Of a stretch of DNA of 64,000 nucleotides, positions 53,085 through 64,000 are shown piece after piece (positions within the stretch are counted from its first letter, which is position 1; each line of letters begins with the position of its first letter). The DNA is from Octopus vulgaris. Lineage: Eukaryota. The stretch lies in NCBI GenBank assembly GCA_951406725.2, contig OX597826.1, positions 68,634,001-68,698,000 on the forward strand, given 5' to 3'. The position numbers and the translations under genes are program-made. A model generated the notes under the pieces. It ran no database searches. It saw only the letters and a program-made list of their open reading frames with translations, and was not told where the DNA came from.

Positions 53085-53300
53085 TTTTCTTTTCCTTGTT
53101 TCAGTCATTTGACTGTGGCCATGTTGGTTTAGCGCCTTTTGTCGAGCAGGTCGACTCCAGAACTTATTCTTTGTAAGCGTAGTACTTATTCTATCGTTCA
53201 CATTTTCCCGAACCGCTAGATTACGCGGACGTAAACACACATGCATCGTTTGTCACGTAATGTTGGTGGGACAAACATAGACACACAAACATACGCACAC
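53083..53300 (-). mobile_element. SINE family B 3' part, tail-to-tail with the preceding copy
   Basis: CTTGTTTCAGTCATTTGACTGTGGCCATG..GTACTTATTCTATCG. Confidence 0.85.
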
Positions 53301-53348
53301 ACATATACAAACATACACATATATACATACATGTACATACGTATATGC

Positions 53349-53409
<61 letters not shown>

Positions 53410-53444
53410 CAAATACAAAAACACCTTTTATATGTATATATTAT

Positions 53445-53601
53445 TGACCGCTAAATCCACAAGGTTTTTATATTCTCTCTCTGTTTATTTCCTCGTGTTC
53501 CATTCTGTGGAAGAGCTTAGGCTCGAAACGTAAAAGATTTTTTCATTTTCCCGATTGTTGTTCATACACCTGTCTTCTTTTGCTTTTCTGTAAATTTCAA
53601 C
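53445..53601 (+). mobile_element. Short (TA)n-abutting Penelope-like element with variant-core HHR (53501-53536)
   Basis: CAUU-CUGUGGA-A-GAGC-UUAG-GCUC-GAAAC-GUA-AAAG. Confidence 0.7.
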
Positions 53602-53673
53602 TATATATATATCAGCAATGTAGATAAAACTTGGGAAATATTCGCGAGCAGAATGGCCAGCCTCACTTAATAG

Positions 53674-54053
53674 GAGCACTTCGTCGGTTACGACGATGAG
53701 GGTCCCAGCTGATACGATCAACGGAACAGCTTGCTCGTGGAATTAACGTGCAAGTGGCTGAGCATTCCACAGACACGTGTACCCTTAACGTAGTTCTCGA
53801 GGAGATTCAGCGTGACACAGAGTGTGACAAGGCCGGCCCTTTGAAATACAGGTACAACAGAAACAGGAAGTAAGAGTGAGAGAAAGTTGTGGTGAAAGAG
53901 TACAGCAGGGATCACCACCACCCTCTGCCGGAGCCTCGTGGAGCTTTTAGGTATTTCGCTCAATAAACACTCACAATGCCCGGTCTGGGAATCGAAACCG
54001 CGAACCTACGACCGCGAGTCCGCTGCCCTAACCACTGGGCCATTGCGCCTCCA
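53674..54053 (-). mobile_element. SINE family C, full length
   Basis: TSD CCAGCCTCACTTA at 53657-53669 and 54055-54067; tRNA-like head with A and B boxes. Confidence 0.95.
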
Positions 54054-54336
54054 CCCAGCCTCACTTAGACTTGGGATGAAAGGTAAATATCCCAGAAAAA
54101 TTATTTGGATATAATAAATGTTTACATCATTTCGATGGTGCAGATTTTTTGTAACAAACTGTTGCTGCTTACCAGATCACACATGAATTGCCAACAACTA
54201 CGCATTAAAGGAGAAAATTGGATTGTGTTATTGTTGATGCATGGTCCACCTAAAGGGAGTGACCTACAACAAAGACAATGAATAGGTATCGTTCTCATTT
54301 GCGCGACACACCTGTCTGCATCACTTATCTTTGAAA

Positions 54337-54552
54337 GGCGGCGAGCTGGCAGACTCGTTAGCACGCCGGGCGAAATGCGTAGCCGTATTTCGTCTGCCGT
54401 TACGTTCTGAGTTCAAATTCCGCCGAGGTTGACTTTGCCTTTCATCCTTTCGGGGTCGATAAATTAAGTACCAGTTACGCCCTGGGGTCGATGTAATCGA
54501 CATAATCCGTTTGTCCCCTCTGTGTTTAGCCCCTTGTGGGCAGTAGTGAAAT
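54337..54552 (+). mobile_element. SINE family A
   Basis: TSD ACTTATCTTTGAAA at 54323-54336 and 54553-54566. Confidence 0.95.
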
Positions 54553-54849
54553 ACTTATCTTTGAAAGAGCTTCTGCTATAACGCATGTCGCGATCGAGGT
54601 TGGACACCTACCTCGGTCTAGATTACATTATGTTTTATAGCAACGCTTCATAAATTTGTTTTTTTAATTATCGACTACATTTATTTTATTAACACATTGT
54701 CATCACTGTGCGTCATGCAAACTTTCAATAGAATTAAATCCCTTACAAGTGTGCTGCCGAAAGATTGATTGTCATTATAAGACTTCTCGCGCGTAACTCA
54801 TTTAATCTGTATAACAAAGAGTGTCAACACAAAATTTCTACAATGATAT

Positions 54850-55063
54850 TGGTTTCAGATTTTGGCACAAGGCCAGCAGTTTCGGGGAAGGGGTAAGTTG
54901 ATTACATCGTCTCCATTATGCAACTGTTAGATATTTTAAAGACCCAGAAGCGATGAAAGGTGAAGTCGACCTGTGCGTTATTTGAACTCAGAACGTAAAA
55001 ACAAACGAAATGCCGTAAAGCATTTACCTCGGTGTGCTAACTATTGTGCCAGCTCACCGCCGT
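54850..55063 (-). mobile_element. Older family A SINE (A2-like tail)
   Basis: TTTTGGCACAAGGCCAGC..GAACTCAGAACG..GCCAGCTCACCGCC. Confidence 0.8.
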
Positions 55064-55184
55064 AATTTCTACCATAATATTACCAGATGGCTTACTTTAT
55101 CCAGAATAAAACTGAAAATTCAGAGCAATTAAAAGATGCCTCTACCGCCCTTACCACCCGATTCCTCTTTAGTATCCATATATC

Positions 55185-55416
55185 TATTTCTTTATTACCC
55201 ACAAGGGGCTAAACATAGAGGGGACAAACAAGGACAGACATAGGTATTAAGGCGATTACATCGACCCCAGTGCGTAACTGGTACTTTAATTTATCGACCC
55301 CGAAAGGATGAAAGGCAAAGTCGACCTCGGCGGAATTTGAACTCAGAACGTAACGGCAGACGAAATACCGCAAAGCATTTCGCCCGGCGTGCTAACGTTT
55401 CTACCAGCTCGCCGCC
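55185..55416 (-). mobile_element. SINE family A
   Basis: TSD GTATCCATATATC at 55172-55184 and 55417-55429. Confidence 0.95.
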
Positions 55417-56179
55417 GTATCCATATATCATTTCTCACAGCCTCCTTCTGACGCAACTCCCACCCTCTTTCAGAAGTGCCGCTCTAGTCGCTAGAAGATG
55501 TTGTCAGTAAAATATCTGTCGTCGGATTCTAGGGGAGAGATGCTCCATCGGGACAAGAACGGATTCAGAAGCTTTTTTTTCTTTTGTTTTTGGAGGATTT
55601 TCTGTTGGGGTATGTTGGGCATTGTCTAAAGGCCCTTGATGTGGTAGAGCTATGAGTTAACTTTGCGTACACAGGATAATCATTAGTGCCATGGTTGCGC
55701 TTGGGTCACAAGTAATAGAACCTATCCTAGACGTGCATAGGGTGAAGTACCGTCCATACACACTCGTTTTGTATCCTTATTTTACTGTTTTGGATATGCA
55801 AATATCTGAGCCGTTATCAATTAATTTGCGGAGGTGGCAATTAAGCAGGTCTATTATAAAGAACAAGCAAGCATTTTTTTTTTTTAAAGAAGCACGTGTA
55901 TTCTGTTACTTCTTTCATGTATCTCTGGGGGAGGAATTTGTATTGTGGAAACATTAAACAGAGAGTTTATCTCCCAAGCCGCCAAAATCCGTATCCCCTT
56001 CTTCAAGAAGGAACTCTAGTAGTATTTGAGACTAAGGAGGGTGGAAGTGAATTTTATTGTAGTGGAGTGAGAGCAGAAAAACTGGATAACTTTATTCTTC
56101 CCGCATCAATCGTAGAACTAGCTGCAAGAAATAGTAAAAACAGCTTGCTCTGATGAAGCAAAAGTCTAGTCCTCTAGGA

Positions 56180-56559
56180 AGCACTCCGTCGGTTACGACG
56201 ACGAGGGTTCCGGTTGATCCGAATCAACAGAACAGCCTGCTCGTGAAATTAACGTGTAAGTGGCTGAGCACTCCACAGACACGTGCACCCTTAACGTAGT
56301 TCTCGGGGATATTCAGCGTGACACAAAGAGTGACAAGACCAGCCCTTTGAAATACAGGTACAACAGAAACAGGAAGTAAGAGTAAGAGAAAGTTGTGGTG
56401 AAAGAGTACAGCAGGGATCACCACCATCCCCTGCCGGAGCCTCGTTGAGCTTTTAGGTGTTTTCGCTCAATAAACACTCACAACGCCCGGTCTGGGAATC
56501 GAAACCGCGATCCTACGACCGCGAGTCCGCTGACCTAACCACTGGGCCATTGCGCCTCC
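56180..56559 (-). mobile_element. SINE family C, full length
   Basis: Near-identical to 53674-54053. Confidence 0.95.
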
Positions 56560-56652
56560 TCGAAACAAAAGTAATGCGAAGTAGAATGGGGCATCGTTTT
56601 ATACTTCGAATGTGGTCCCCTACACTTTTAGAAATACTATTCTCAATATTGT

Positions 56653-56905
56653 AGAGGCGCGTGGCTTAGTGGTTAGGGTGTCAGCATCATGGTCGTAAGA
56701 TTGTGGTTTCGATTCCTGGACCGGGCGACGCGTTGTGTTCTTGAGCAAAACACTTCACTTCATGTTGCTCCAATCCACTCAGCTGAAAAAAATGAGTAAC
56801 GCTGCGATGGACTGGCGTCCCGTCCAGCTGGGGAACACATATACCATAGAAACCGGGAAACCGGGCCCATTAGCCTGGCTAGGCTTTAAAAAGGGCGCAT
56901 TTATT
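56653..56905 (+). mobile_element. SINE family D, full length
   Basis: TSD ATA(C/T)TATTCTCAATATT at 56634-56650 and 56911-56927. Confidence 0.95.
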
Positions 56906-57081
56906 TTATTATATTATTCTCAATATTAAGCTCTACTGATTTTTCTATGTAATATAAATATGAGTTAATTTGCTTCGGCTGATTTTGTTGTATCTCATAA
57001 TTACACGATCTAATTTTTCCCACTGCTTCTCATTTTAAGCAGTATTTTACAACCAGATTTCACTGATCCTAGGGTCCATAT

Positions 57082-57299
57082 TCTCTTTTCTCTTTTCTCT
57101 TTTACTTGTTTCAGTCATTTGACTGCGGCCATGCTGGAGCACCGCCTTTAATCGAGCAAATCGACCCCGGGACTTATTTTTTGTAAGCCCAGTACTTATT
57201 CTATCGGTCTCTTTTTTGCAGAACCGCTAAGTGACGGGGACGTAAAGACACCAGCATCAGTTGTCAAGCGATGCTAGAGGGACAAACACAGACACACAA

Positions 57300-57349
<50 letters not shown>

Positions 57350-57506
57350 GACAGGCTTCTTTCAGTTTCCGTCTACCAAATCCACACACAAGGCATTGCT
57401 CGGCCAGGGGCTATATCAGAAGACACTTGCCCAAGATGCCACGCAGTGGGACTGAACCCGGAACCATGTGGTTGGTTAGCAAGCTACTTACCACACAGCC
57501 ACTCCG
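57082..57506 (-). mobile_element. SINE family B, full length
   Basis: Reverse complement of the family B consensus with internal (TA)n. Confidence 0.95.
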
Positions 57507-57990
57507 TCCAATAAAAATATGCATGACTGTGTTAAACTCTATTTTTCGTGTTCAAAATATTACGTCAGTATTTTCTTTTCTTTGAATAATTATCAGATTC
57601 ATCTCAGTGTAGAGACTTTATAGTATTAAATACCATTAAGGGATATATTCATTAACAGAAATGCTGAAGGTTAGCAAAATATTCATAGAATGATAAAGAT
57701 TGTCAACAAACTCACTGTAAGAATGTCCTATTGGCTTCTAAACATACTAGTAATACATTTTCTTGAACACACATGTGTCTATCTTTAGTGTTCCTTAGTT
57801 GACGCCCTCGTAGGAATTCCTGTACATCCCTCTATTTGTATTAAAAACTTGCGGAAAGATAAACAAAATTCTTAAATGCCATGAAGTTTTTATTACAGGA
57901 TCTCGGGTGTTCATGAATAACATATAACCTACCTTGAAGTAGCTGGATTTCGAGTACTATGTCACTTTTGCTATGATATTATGTCATCGA

Positions 57991-58385
57991 AAGGCGGCGA
58001 GCTGCCAGAATCGTTAGGCACGCCAGGCGAAATGCTTAGCGGTATTACGTTCTGAGTTCAAATTCCGCCGAGGTCGACTTTGCCTTTCATCCTTTCGGGG
58101 GTCGATAAATTAAGTACCAGTTACGCACTGGGGTCGATATAATCGACTTAATACCTATGTCTGTCCTTGTTTGTCCCCTCTATGTTTAGCCCCTTGTGGG
58201 TAATAAAGAGATAGGTATTACGTTCTGAGTTCAAATTCCGCCGAGGTCCACTTTGCCTTTCATCCTTTCGGGGTCGATTAAATAAGTACCAGTTACGCAC
58301 CGAGGTCGATGTAAGCCACTTAATCACTTTGTCTGTCCTTGTTTGTCCCCTCTATGTTTAGCCCCCTGTGGGCAATAAAGAAATC
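57991..58385 (+). mobile_element. SINE family A with two tandem body units
   Basis: Units start at 58041 and 58214; TSD GATATTATGTCATC at 57975-57988 and 58386-58399. Confidence 0.93.
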
Positions 58386-58629
58386 GATATTATGTCATCA
58401 AATATATTGGGGCGGAACTAATTTTCAAATTTCTCGGCGTTTTGCTTCAAGAAATTCTTCTCAACGTCGACCTGTGTTGTCTATGTTGCAGGAGTTGTAA
58501 CTTTCATTATATCAGCTAGTGAATCCCGAGACACAACTGTTGTACTTGGTACTCAATTGAAGAAGATTTGTGTAACTGGCCATCAATACACTTATAATTA
58601 TATATGGAGCATTCACTTAGCAAAGGTAT

Positions 58630-58822
58630 GTTTGCTACGCTAGGCACAAGTTCCCAAAATTTTGGTGGGAGGGGCCAGTCGATTAGATCGACCCCAGTAT
58701 GCAACTGGTAGTTAATTTATCGATCCGGAAGGATGAAAGGCAAAGTGAACCTCGGCGGAATTTGAAATCAGAACGCAAGCATTTCGCCCGGCCTGCTAAC
58801 GCTTCCGCCAGCTCGCTGCCTT
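58630..58822 (-). mobile_element. SINE family A with A2 tail
   Basis: CTAGGCACAAG..GGGGCCAGTCGATTAGATCGACCCCAG..GCCAGCTCGCTGCC. Confidence 0.85.
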
Positions 58823-58998
58823 ACTTAGCAAGAATATGATTCATTTAAAGGTAAACCTTTGTGGCTTTTCACAGTAATTAAACAATGCAACATGTGTTCA
58901 TTTTTGCTGCTTTCGACGTTTTATTAGCGTTTAATTAGAAAAATCGCTAAAGCGTAGGACAAATAAATTAAACCACATTATTCTCTTTCTTTCTATAA

Positions 58999-59693
<695 letters not shown>

Positions 59694-59697
<4 letters not shown>

Positions 59698-59940
59698 CCT
59701 GTGGCTTAATTGTTAGGCTGTTGCACTCATGGTGATTCGATTATCCAACTGCACGTGACGTTTTGTTCTGGAGCAAAATACTTCATTTCACGTTACCCCT
59801 GTCCCCCTTTCGATTATGACTGGATGTTGGCCCGCTCGCCTAGCCGGCGGGGGATCATTTCAAGTTTAAAACAATGTAATTGCGCATTGTGACCAGTGAT
59901 GTGTAACAACATCTGACACCCTGGCCGCTCACTTGATAAC
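59694..59940 (+). mobile_element. Degenerate SINE D-like head plus unassigned repeat tail
   Basis: GTGGCTTAATTGTTAGG..TTGTTCTGGAGCAAAATACTTCATTTCACGTT. Confidence 0.6.
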
Positions 59941-60026
59941 GTCATACATACATACATACTTACGTACATACATACATACATACATACACACACACACACT
60001 TATATATATATATATATATATAAAAT

Positions 60027-60392
60027 AAGGCGAGCTGGCAGAAACGTTAGCACTCCGGGCGAAATGTTTAGCGGTATTTCGTCTGCGTTACGTTGTGAGT
60101 TCAAATTCCGCCGAGGTCGACTTTGCCTTTCATCCTTTCGGGGTCGATAAATTAAGTACCAGTTACGCACTGGGGTCGATGTAATCGACTTAATACCTAT
60201 GTCTGTCCTTGTTTGTCCCCTCTATGTTTAGCCCCTTGTGGGTAATAAAGAAATAGGTATTTCGTCTGCCGCTGCGTTCTGAGTTCAAATTGCCTTTCAT
60301 CCTTTCGGGGTCGATTAAATAAGTACCAGTTACGCACTGGGGTCGATATAATCGACTTAATCCGTTTGTCTGTCCTTGTTTGTCCCTTCTGT
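60027..60392 (+). mobile_element. SINE family A with a second, truncated body unit
   Basis: Units start at 60073 and 60256. Confidence 0.9.
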
Positions 60393-62441
60393 AGATTTAC
60401 GTCGTCAACTACTTTAACCCCAATACATAGTCCTTCAGTATTCTTTGCGCAGATTATTCAGTTAATGATTTGGAGTTACAGCTCTAGTTTGGGTGATAAC
60501 TTCTAGGTTCCTCAACCAGTCTAAGATATCCTGAACCAAACTGAGTATGTGCACTGTTCTTTCCCTGGTTTTTCCCTGGTTAAGTGGTAAAGATATGATT
60601 ATTTTGACGGCCCTTTAACCCTAAAATTTCCCTGACATTTTCGTTAGAATCTCTAAGTTCATATTCATTCCTATAAACACCCCCAGTTAAATGCCAATAA
60701 AATAAAATAAACAATAAAATAAAATCCGAAGCTTTGGCGTAAAATTAGTAACACAAAACTGTATTTTTGCAGGAAACCTTCATAGCTGACTTTTACATTT
60801 CAATCTATCAGCTATGAAATCCGTTAATCAAAATATCTAAAGATTTCACAAAGAACATATTGGAATACGGCTTATATGAATATATGTTTATATGAATATA
60901 TCAATTTACTAATATAAAATGCACCACATTTTCAATTATGTAGTACAATATGAATGTAATAACTTATTCTGTGTCATCTTTAAAGCCGACCTAAAATATT
61001 CTGTTGAGTTCTTTGTGAAAGTTTATACCAAATGTTATCTAAAATTAAATACAACCGAGGACAAGCAGTGTCACGAATCGCACCCACTACTTATACGACC
61101 CCATATAAATCCGATAATAAACAAATCACTTCTATACAATATAGTAAAATCTATACACATTGCAATTATAATTCCCATAAAAGTTAAAACTGACAACAAT
61201 ATCCGGATTAACATCTCCAGGGATTAAACTAAATATCTGACAGTAAGGCACGGCAAAATCATAGAATACCGAAAATCAAATTCCTAATCAGCCAATCCAA
61301 ATGACATCATTAATCTGTAAATCACTCTGCTAATTTTCTTGTCAAGCAACATAAAAATTAATCTAAAAAGAAACTCTTGTTAGACACAATTAACATGTCT
61401 GTTAAACATTAAGCTTCCATCAGAATATCCGCCTCTCTCATCCACTGTTTCATAATTTACCTGGAGGGTGTATTTGTCTTCCCACTTCATCTTAAATTCC
61501 TATTGAAATTGTACCGAAAATGTTGATGAGTTGTTAAGAGAGGACATTCTATGCACTCCGTCCTTTCATTGTATTCTTACACATCTTATTTTTTTTTATT
61601 TTTATATTAATAAGATCTGTCCAAACATAACTCCACAAGTCCGTAATCTTCGGAGTTTGAATATGGGTACAATGGATTCTTCCTTCGATCTTCGTCTATA
61701 TCATGCAAAGTTTTCTCAGAATGTCTCTCAGTCAAAATTCCAGATTCGAATTTCCAGCATAACAGAATGCTAAGTCGATCTTCAAACAACAATTATTACC
61801 CTCCACTTGTTATACAATGGATGCATTATTAAGTATTCAGATGTCCTACTGCCTGATTGGTGGCAGAAGAGGTATGCCAATCCATTTCTATTCATCGGTT
61901 GGAATTCATTTGACTCAATGCAAATTTTTAGGTTGCAAAAAAGCACACACTCAACGCCAAGGAATAAATCGATATTACAATCACATGGAATATGTACCTA
62001 TCGTAGAATTCGGTACCTAGAAATCTCCACTGAGCTAGTATTCTCAAGCCGATGGCTTTTCTGTCAAGATTAATCCATTTTCTCTAAAGGAGCGAAGCAC
62101 TGATCTAGTTTGAAAAGACCTGGGGAAAACCGGTGATAAACGTCCGGCATATACACATACGCATGCAGACTCAAAAACAGACATACACAGACACGCACAC
62201 GCACACACACACACGCATAAACAAAGGCATACAGTTTTTATACCATCGAATTCGCATGAAGAAACAAAACCTTTTAAAATAGAAACACAGGTAAGTAATG
62301 ATGACTTACATATTTTTTTCTTCATACGTTCCGGTTGATTCGAACGTGAACACACTAAATGTATTTCATCACAAGAAAACAGTTCCTTTACGATGAATTT
62401 GTGTTCATAACACACTCGTTTTATTTGTACAAGGGACTCTG

Positions 62442-62484
62442 ACTCACACAGCGTTTCGACCTTGTTTTATCTCCTCAGTTAGCG
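62442..62484 (-). ncRNA. Degenerate type I hammerhead motif
   Basis: CGCUAA-CUGAGGA-GAU-AAAACAAG-GUC-GAAAC-GCU-GUG-UGAGU; the cleavage base is G, so probably inactive; AATAAA ~15 nt downstream. Confidence 0.45.
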
Positions 62485-63102
62485 ATTCCCCACCAGCTTT
62501 ATGTATCTAACAAACTTTGAAGTATTGTTTATAACTTTAGCCAACAAAAGCTTTGCTGATCTGTGCAGACATCTACTAATCGGTAATAAATCAGCATGTG
62601 CACGAAGCGGTTTCTTTGCTACTTGAACAATTCAAAGAAACGTACAAATCCCGGCATGACATCTCATTGAGCGTATATAAGTTATTAACAATCGTGTGAA
62701 TCATAAACAAAGACGTTTCGGATATGTACCACAGTGAATCATGATACATATGTGACCGTTTTTGATGATTAAGGGTGACATCTGTTACAGCATGTGTTAT
62801 TATATAAGAGAATGCTGCAAGTATAGACATCGGCGTGAATGACGAAAATAGGAATAGCTATCATGGGAATATATTTATTGCTTTGTCTCCTCATTTTGGG
62901 TAAGTAGCTTGAAATAATAACTAATGTTCATTCACTTTGGTATTTAAGATAAACATACAAAGGTGTATTATACAGGCATTCGAAATACGTCTTAAACTGT
63001 AGGAAGGATCACTGCGTCCGCATCACAAACAGTGCAGTTCTACTTCGTAAGATGCTGACCCCGCCTCCCACTCACATACAGTCCTGTTGCTTGATTGATA
63101 CC

Positions 63103-63334
63103 TATTTCTTTATTACCCACAAGGGGCTAAACACAGAGGGGACAAACAAGGACATACATAGGTATTAAGTCGATTACATCGACCCCAGTGCGTAACTGGT
63201 ACTTAGTTTATCGACCCCGAAAGGATGAAAGGCAAAGTCGACCTCGGCGGAATTCGAACTCACAACGTAACGCAGACGAAATACCGCTAAGCATTTCGCC
63301 CGGCGTGCTAACGTTTCTGTCAGCTCGCCGCCTT
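63103..63334 (-). mobile_element. SINE family A
   Basis: TSD CTTGATTG(A/G)TACCT at 63090-63103 and 63335-63348. Confidence 0.95.
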
Positions 63335-63839
63335 CTTGATTGGTACCTTGAGGTTGATCACCCTTCATTAGGCCACAATTACAAAACAAAGAGTTACTCG
63401 TGTTGTACATATGAAGTTGGAATAAGCGGTTCCAAATATTTTAATGCCAGAAAACTGTATCAGTCCTAAAGTAGGCTTCATTTCTTTGGACAATATCAGT
63501 GAAGTGAAGAGGGGAGACTTTCACTACGAAAACGTTCTCCAAGTCTGATCATTCAGATTTTAGATATATGACCATCCTGACATGGGAAACATAAATATAG
63601 CTGGAACTATATTATCAAATGTATTGAAATTTTAAGATGATAAGCTCTAATCATTAGCAGATCAATACGCCACCTTCGATTAAACATTATATATGATTCC
63701 CGAATTGTCTTTTGAGAACTGTAGTAAAATCTGGAGTCGTTAAATTAGATTTTGCCAATAGTATTTAAAATGAACGATGACCCCTGTTAATATCAAATAA
63801 AATTGGTCATTACAGACCCTTCTTTTATATTTTATATGT

Positions 63840-64000
63840 TATTTGTTTCAGTCATTTGACTGCGGCTATGCTGGGGCAACATCTTAATGGGTGTTTTTTT
63901 TTTTTTTTAGTCGAACAAATAGACACCAGCATTTCTGTCTTTTTTTTTTTTTTTCAAAGCCTTAAACCTACTCTATCGGTCGGTTTTGCCGAACTGCTAG
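63840..64000 (-). mobile_element. SINE family B 3' end, runs off the window
   Basis: TTGTTTCAGTCATTTGACTGCGGCTATGCTGG..CTATCGGTCGGTTTTGCCGAAC. Confidence 0.85.

Noticed and set aside
53980-54053. tRNA gene in the SINE C and D heads
   Set aside because: A and B boxes are present but run into SINE bodies bounded by TSDs; no convincing acceptor stem.
55600-55830. Possible LINE endonuclease remnant (TSRIG.., NDYPV) on the minus strand
   Set aside because: Motifs are too short and degenerate to call by eye.
56148-56590. Possible HHR split by the SINE C insertion (CTGATGAAGCA...TGCGAAG)
   Set aside because: The reconstructed motif lacks GAAA and a valid stem III.
62708-62765. GAAACGUC with a long upstream hairpin on the minus strand
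   Set aside because: No CUGANGA-like core.

Overview
Eukaryotic, AT-rich, repeat-dense non-coding DNA (intergenic or a large intron). The SINE families and the microsatellite load look like an octopod cephalopod genome; this is an inference from remembered repeat families, not a search. I found no intact protein-coding gene, and nearly all ORFs in the supplied track are microsatellite translations. The window holds about 40 tRNA-derived SINE copies in four head/body families (my labels A-D), many with clear target-site duplications (TSDs). It also holds decayed LINE fragments (Tx1/L1, RTE, two CR1-group 3' ends, two RLE/R4-Dong-like pieces), three Tc1/mariner transposase remnants, non-autonomous Helitrons, a ~1.6 kb tandem duplication, a polypurine higher-order minisatellite and long microsatellites. 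The most interesting signal is a set of short elements, mostly in or next to (TA)n tracts, that carry hammerhead ribozyme (HHR) motifs of the Penelope-like pLTR type. I count about 10 motifs, including a repeated non-canonical CUGUGGA core and a type III-like topology. In one locus a ~117 bp inverted duplication starts exactly at the predicted self-cleavage site. All alignments, folds and translations were done by eye, so boundaries are approximate.
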